Part shown: positions 15,184 through 20,000 of the stretch, one piece after another
Layout: the number at the start of each line of letters is the position of its first letter
How positions within the stretch are numbered: position 1 is the stretch's first letter
Origin: an uncultured virus (IMG/VR IMGVR_UViG_3300009378_001140)
Lineage: Duplodnaviria > Heunggongvirae > Uroviricota > Caudoviricetes
Virus record (IMG/VR): IMGVR_UViG_3300009378_001140
Length of the DNA: 20,000 nt
Reading direction: 5' to 3' (one strand)
Notes under the pieces: model-generated
Told to the model about the DNA's origin: nothing
The model's database searches: none
The model's input: only the letters and a program-made list of their open reading frames with translations
Made by a program: the position numbers and the translations under genes

Positions 15184-18174
15184 TTACGCTCTATCGTGCT
15201 CAAAAGTTGTTACGACATCACCGCTCTCAAGTGTAAAGAAGAAAACGATATCAGCTGCACCAAACGAGTCACTAGCAACTGCAAACTCTGGACTAACTGT
15301 ATAGTCACCATTTGCTGCAGATGTACCTGATCTCATATACTGTCCATTAAGATAGACATCTAGAGCATCATAAGGATTATTTTGTGCTGTAGCATTTGTG
15401 AATCCAGTCCTTCCTGATTCTGTGTCTAACGTGAGATTCTGTCCATTTGCATGAGATGCTGTAACAGTGTAGAAGTTTCTAGACCTCTTGATCTCACCAG
15501 AAGGTGTTGAGATTGTAAGTTCACCACTTGACCCTGTTGTGATATCAATACCGCTTCCGGCAATGATGTAATCTGATCCATCGTCTAGCTTTGTTAATGA
15601 ACCACTGATGTTTGTTGCAATAAAAATACTACCTGCATCTACTGTCAGTGTATTAGAACTATGTGTTATAGTCACATCACCATTATCCCAGTTGATAACA
15701 CCGCCTTCTGCGAGGAAGAGGTCTGACCACTCACCTCCGTTGCCGATCCCGAGGGATGAACCATTATTAGAGGATGGCATCACAATACCAGCTGTAAACT
15801 TTACGTCTCCAGAGCTAACTACTGAGAGATCAGTTCCATCACCAGTGATATACTCACCAGCATTACCAAAAGCAAGCCTGTGGTTGGCGGTAGCCATGAC
15901 ACAGTTATTTGCTGCCTGATCAGTTAGAGTGAACTTGGATGTGCTACCAATGTTAATGATTGCGCTATCAGACAACAGATCCAAGTCATCACCGATAACT
16001 GCGCTTTTAGCAACACTCAAACCACCATCAGTTTGAAGTGAGCCGTCAGTTGTTGAAGTTGCTTCAGTTGCATCATCAGTTTTGAGAACGCCGCTGAAAG
16101 TACCTGCACCCGTTACATCAACTAAAGTAGCTGTTATATCAAGATCGCCACTAGAGATGATTTGTAAATCAGTTCCAGTACCAGCAATATAATCATTCGC
16201 ATCACCAAAGGCTAGACGATGATTTGCTGATGCCATCAGGGTGTTGCTTGCGTTTGAATGTGTCAACGTGAACGGTTGGTCACTTCCCACCTTGAAGATA
16301 GCTGCGTTGGAAAGTAGATCCAAGTCATCGCCGATAACAGCGCTCTTAGCAACTGATAGACCACCATCGGTCTGTAAAGAACCGTCAGTTGTTGAAGTTG
16401 CTTCAGTCGTGTCATTCTGATTGAAAGTACCGCCGTCTACTGCTAATGAGTTTCCAGTTTGGGTAAGAGTTACATCACCACTATCCCAGTTGATGACGCC
16501 ACCCTCAGCTAAGAAGAGATCAGACCATGCTGTCCCTGCGACGCCAAGTGCAGATCCATCATTAGCAGAAGGCTTAACATTTCCGCCGCCAGCGTTAATG
16601 GCAACATCAGCTGCTGCAACAATCTGAAGATCTGTAGAGACATCAAGATAATCACTAGCACCGTCGATCTGGAATTTGCTAGCTCTTATGTCAACAAGTG
16701 TCATATCTGCCAGAGTTGTTACAGATCCGTTGGTCACATCCTTTCTTCCAGCACCCCACACATCATTGGCCACTCGGCCAAAGACAAGTGATTGATTTGC
16801 TACCGATGAACCAGATGCCAGAGCAAGACCACCATTTGCATTTGATGATGCTGCGCCGCTACCAATGAGAACAATAGGATCCTCAACGAGAAGATTTGTA
16901 ACATCAGATGTAATAGATGTTCCTGCAACCTCGAGATTTCCGTTGACTCTTACATTAGCAGAGCCGTCGAATGTGAAAGCAGCGTTACCGCTACTATCAG
17001 CTATGTTATTACCATTGACCTGCAGATTACCATCGAAGTATCCTACTCCAGCGCTGTTAATTGAAAACTGCGTCTGATCAGCATTATCCTTTACAATAAA
17101 TCCATATGTTCCTGCTGCATCACCGAGGTTTGCAGCAATACCACCAGCTGAGGCAGTTAAAGCAATAGCATCTACTGCGGCCTCTGTTGATTTAATGATA
17201 ATTGCATTTGCCTGTGAAGCACCACCAATAGTTAGATCTCCTGAAGATGCGTGCCACGTTGAAGCTGCACCTGCAGTGATATCAACCTTTCCAGATGCTG
17301 CAAGCGTTCCACCTGTTCCATTGTCATGTGTAATGGTGACATCATCACCAGCACCAAGACTTAGAACTGCTGCATCAGAATCTAGCTTAAGATCATTAGA
17401 GATGTTAACTGAAGTAGAGGCATTGATATCAACAATTGGTGCTGTTATCTCTAACTCTGCATCTGCGTCGATGTCTAGCTGACCGTCAACTGAAGAGTGA
17501 ATGACAAGCGCGCTATCTCTAAACTGAAGCTGTATATTTGCTGATCCACTAAGCAGCAGACCTGTATCTGCTACGTGTGATAGTTGCACATCCTGATCTG
17601 AACCGAAATATGAGACACCACCGTCTGCAAGGTATAGATCTGACCACTCACCAGAAGTAGAACCAAGAGCACTACCATCAGCTGTTGCCGGATAGATAGA
17701 TGTTGCATTCATTCGAATTTCATCATTTCCATTAACTTCAAATGTTATATCAGTTGCTCCCTGTGATCGAACTGAAACTGTATCACCCGTATCAAGATCA
17801 ATGCGCCCTGTACCACCAATGCTAATGCTACCTTGACCATTTAGATCAATTGCATCAACATATAGGTTAGCAAATGCGATTCCAGACGCACCTAGATCTG
17901 CACCGCTATCGGCATCAGGTCTAAACCTTGTGTTAGCTGTAATTGTACCAGCTGTTAACGTTGAAAACGTCGGTGTGGCGCTGCTTGCGGCATCATACCA
18001 GTTTGTTGTTCCCTTGATGTCTTCAACTATCTTTCTCAGGTTGTTCATGTCCTGCTGTAAGTTTGATGCAGACAGCATTGTACTGTCGACAGTAATTGCA
18101 GTAACTGTCGCAACTGACATGTCAGAAGAACCTGTAATTTGCTGTTGTCTAAATTTTGTACTAGAACCAGCCAT
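15184..18174 (-). CDS. Large G/S/T/D/A-rich repeat protein, putative tail fibre/virion structural protein
   Basis: Beta-repeat composition; repeated P-x4-G-x2-LG...WSDL(F/Y)LA(D/E)GG, GSLQTDGGLSVAKS and NHRLAFG blocks; C-terminal VYLNGQ...DY module; AAGGA RBS. Confidence 0.7.
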   Translation of the reverse strand: MAGSSTKFRQQQITGSSDMSVATVTAITVDSTMLSASNLQQDMNNLRKIVEDIKGTTNWYDAASSATPTFSTLTAGTITANTRFRPDADSGADLGASGIAFANLYVDAIDLNGQGSISIGGTGRIDLDTGDTVSVRSQGATDITFEVNGNDEIRMNATSIYPATADGSALGSTSGEWSDLYLADGGVSYFGSDQDVQLSHVADTGLLLSGSANIQLQFRDSALVIHSSVDGQLDIDADAELEITAPIVDINASTSVNISNDLKLDSDAAVLSLGAGDDVTITHDNGTGGTLAASGKVDITAGAASTWHASSGDLTIGGASQANAIIIKSTEAAVDAIALTASAGGIAANLGDAAGTYGFIVKDNADQTQFSINSAGVGYFDGNLQVNGNNIADSSGNAAFTFDGSANVRVNGNLEVAGTSITSDVTNLLVEDPIVLIGSGAASSNANGGLALASGSSVANQSLVFGRVANDVWGAGRKDVTNGSVTTLADMTLVDIRASKFQIDGASDYLDVSTDLQIVAAADVAINAGGGNVKPSANDGSALGVAGTAWSDLFLAEGGVINWDSGDVTLTQTGNSLAVDGGTFNQNDTTEATSTTDGSLQTDGGLSVAKSAVIGDDLDLLSNAAIFKVGSDQPFTLTHSNASNTLMASANHRLAFGDANDYIAGTGTDLQIISSGDLDITATLVDVTGAGTFSGVLKTDDATEATSTTDGSLQTDGGLSVAKSAVIGDDLDLLSDSAIINIGSTSKFTLTDQAANNCVMATANHRLAFGNAGEYITGDGTDLSVVSSGDVKFTAGIVMPSSNNGSSLGIGNGGEWSDLFLAEGGVINWDNGDVTITHSSNTLTVDAGSIFIATNISGSLTKLDDGSDYIIAGSGIDITTGSSGELTISTPSGEIKRSRNFYTVTASHANGQNLTLDTESGRTGFTNATAQNNPYDALDVYLNGQYMRSGTSAANGDYTVSPEFAVASDSFGAADIVFFFTLESGDVVTTFEHDRA
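15974..16407. repeat. Intragenic direct repeat (two ~95-nt copies, 339 nt apart)
   Basis: Copies at ~15974-16068 and ~16313-16407 both encode TEATSTTDGSLQTDGGLSVAKSAVIGDDLDLL; they differ at synonymous positions. Confidence 0.9.
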
Positions 18175-18216
18175 AATTATTTTTCCTTTTGTTTTGTTGT
18201 GTTAAATTCCTAACTT

Positions 18217-18231
18217 ACACACACACACACA
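18217..18231. repeat. (AC)7A dinucleotide microsatellite in the leader of the 996-aa gene
   Basis: acacacacacacaca read directly in the intergenic region. Confidence 0.9.
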
Positions 18232-18305
18232 ACCAAATACAAAAACGAAACTTTTCATCTTTAAATATTACAGCTAGTCAAGATTTTAAAGATAAGGCTG
18301 ATCTT

Positions 18306-18524
18306 TTATGATCTGTAGAGAATTTTCTTTAACGTTCTAACGTGGTTGTCAAATTTTGAAAATTCACTATTGACAAATTCAATTGACAGTTGTATAGCCT
18401 TATTATCTGAATCATTAAAGATGAATTCAAATTTTCCACTAGTCCTTGTTGCATTGAGCAAAGGAAGTCCCCGCATCACAAGGAATGCTGCTAAGGCTAA
18501 ATCTGATGTTTTATATTCTGTCAC
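18306..18524 (-). CDS. DUF5659-like small protein
   Basis: YKTSDLALAAFL...G...FxF...LKK pattern recalled for this phage-associated family; GTG start. Confidence 0.65.
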   Translation of the reverse strand: MTEYKTSDLALAAFLVMRGLPLLNATRTSGKFEFIFNDSDNKAIQLSIEFVNSEFSKFDNHVRTLKKILYRS

Positions 18525-18572
18525 TTGCCATCTTCATTATGTAATCATAAATATTTGCTCCGAAAGATCATT

Positions 18573-20000
18573 TTAAGAAATATAGGGATATGTTGCAAAT
18601 ATAATGTCTGATGAAAGGGGTGCGGCATTAAATGTTACATCCTGACCGCTGACGACAACGTCATTATTTACACCTTGAGTGAGAAGCTGTCCGTTCATGT
18701 ATATCATTACACTGCTTGTCGTTGACGGAGTCTTTGATATCGTAAATGCTGTATTAGAGCCATTTTGTGTGCCAGCAGGTGTCTCATTGAACTTAACCGT
18801 CGCTGTTCCGCCCGTAACAGCCTTGCTATATGTTGACCTCATGACATCACCCACAATGGGTACCCATGACGCAGCAAACGTTATCGTGTCATCAACAAGC
18901 GTATAGTCTGAAGATGATCCAGACGTCTGAAGCGAACCATTTAGATATAGCATTAGGCTTGTGTCAGGGTTTGGTGTGTTGGCAAGCGTAAACACCCTGT
19001 TGACTCCGTTAATTGATCCAGACGGTGTCTCGTTGAATACCATCTGATTTTTTATCTGCTCGCTATCAGCATTGATGGTAATTTGGCCGTTTGATCCTGT
19101 TGATATTGTAACATTATCACCTGCAACAAGATATGGTAATCCGCTTGTTAGACTGATCAAAGAGCCTGATAATCCTGCATCAAACTTAACAGCTCCGTTA
19201 AACGTTGTGCCTGAAACTGTTGCGACAACGCTATCATCGATATTAAGTGTAACAGCTCCAGACGTTCCACCGCCTGTCAATCCGGTTCCTGCAGTAACAG
19301 AAGTGATATCGCCAGACCCTGCACCTCCGTCGCTTGTTATTGTTAGCGCTCCGCTGGAGCCAGTCGAGATAGAAATGCCAGATCCGGCAATGAGATAATC
19401 AGACCCATCAGACAATGATGTAAGTGACCCAGACAATCCAGCTGAGTGGACTGTTACACCTGTAAATGTCGTACCTGAAACTGTCGCAACGACGCTGTCA
19501 TCTATATTTAACGTCACTGCACCAGACGTTCCGCCTCCTGAGAGGCCTGTTCCGGCTGTAACTGATGTTATGTCACCAGTACCTGCGCTTCCGTCCGTTG
19601 ATATTGTTAAAGCACCGCTTGATCCAGTTGAAATTGATATGCCGCCACCTGCAACAAGATATTCTGACCCATCTGTTAGTGTTGTAAGAGAGCCGCTTAA
19701 TCCTGCGCTAAACCCAACTGATCCATTAAACGTTGTTCCTGACACTGTCGCAACAACACTATCATCAACTGAAAACTCTGTACTAGAAAGACTTAGACCT
19801 GTACCTGCGGTATATGTTGTATTTGTGTCTGTGGATGATATTGATATCTGTCCAGATGACCCTGTAGAAATGGTAACGTTGCTACCTGCAGCGAGGTATG
19901 ATGTTCCATTAGATAGATTCTGTAACGAACCAGACAAGCCAGACGATGCAACAACATTTCCTGAGAATGTTGTTCCTGAAACAGTTGCGACGACACTGTC
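18573..20000 (-). CDS. Repeat-rich putative tail fibre/virion protein, C-terminal part (5' end outside the window)
   Basis: The frame stays open to 20000 (DSVVATVSGTTFSGNVVASSGLSGSL...), so the track start at 19937 is not real. Contains VTAGTGLSGGG repeats and two C-terminal FNETPxG...NG...FT...YxNG modules. Confidence 0.8.
   Translation of the reverse strand, partial: DSVVATVSGTTFSGNVVASSGLSGSLQNLSNGTSYLAAGSNVTISTGSSGQISISSTDTNTTYTAGTGLSLSSTEFSVDDSVVATVSGTTFNGSVGFSAGLSGSLTTLTDGSEYLVAGGGISISTGSSGALTISTDGSAGTGDITSVTAGTGLSGGGTSGAVTLNIDDSVVATVSGTTFTGVTVHSAGLSGSLTSLSDGSDYLIAGSGISISTGSSGALTITSDGGAGSGDITSVTAGTGLTGGGTSGAVTLNIDDSVVATVSGTTFNGAVKFDAGLSGSLISLTSGLPYLVAGDNVTISTGSNGQITINADSEQIKNQMVFNETPSGSINGVNRVFTLANTPNPDTSLMLYLNGSLQTSGSSSDYTLVDDTITFAASWVPIVGDVMRSTYSKAVTGGTATVKFNETPAGTQNGSNTAFTISKTPSTTSSVMIYMNGQLLTQGVNNDVVVSGQDVTFNAAPLSSDIIFATYPYIS
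19070..20000. repeat. Four tandem ~79-88 aa repeat units within the fibre-like gene
   Basis: DDSVVATVSGTTF units start at 19238, 19502, 19766 (264-nt period) and just beyond 20000, each followed by GLSGSL...YLxAG...ISTGSxG. Confidence 0.88.

Noticed and set aside
1482..19398. Numerous 60-108 aa plus-strand ORFs (e.g. 7822-8103, 8434-8709, 15608-15919, 17195-17482, 19072-19398)
   Set aside because: They lie antisense to well-supported genes, lack motifs and RBS, and look like shadow ORFs from codon bias.
8864..19996. Short alternative-frame minus-strand ORFs (8864-9058, 9859-10041, 12730-12948, 19793-19996)
   Set aside because: They are nested within or opposite stronger genes, with no supporting signals.
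15184..20000. CRISPR array or diversity-generating retroelement behind the repeats
   Set aside because: The repeats are in-frame coding units with synonymous differences, not repeat-spacer arrays or adenine-specific TR/VR pairs; no cas or reverse transcriptase gene is present.
1..20000. Stop-codon reassignment, as in some large phages
   Set aside because: Genes are full length in code 11, and TAA, TAG and TGA all end genes at sensible positions.

Overview
AT-rich, densely coding window, almost entirely on the minus strand, that reads as part of a large (jumbo-type) tailed-phage genome rather than a cellular chromosome (inference from gene content). Right to left: two Gly/Ser/Thr-rich repeat proteins resembling tail fibre/virion proteins, a DUF5659-like gene, an intrinsic terminator, hypothetical genes, a second J-domain protein, a stand-alone MBD4-like DNA glycosylase and a single plus-strand LpxH-like phosphoesterase. 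A long, tightly coupled nucleotide-metabolism/replication run follows: an all-alpha dNTP pyrophosphatase, a degenerate pyrophosphatase fused to a HAD nucleotidase, a divergent ThyX, an NDT/MilB-family N-glycosidase, a small CCCH Zn finger, DnaJ, DnaK, DnaE, a dNMP kinase fused to a thymidylate-synthase-fold domain, an NDP-sugar epimerase, a cupin and a thymidine kinase cut by the window edge. The best lead is a candidate non-canonical pyrimidine, probably cytosine, modification pathway. The TS-fold domain carries the dCMP-type Asp and is fused to its own kinase, ThyX has altered active-site residues, and a deamination-repair glycosylase lies nearby. Comparisons with reference proteins are from recalled motifs and need real alignments.
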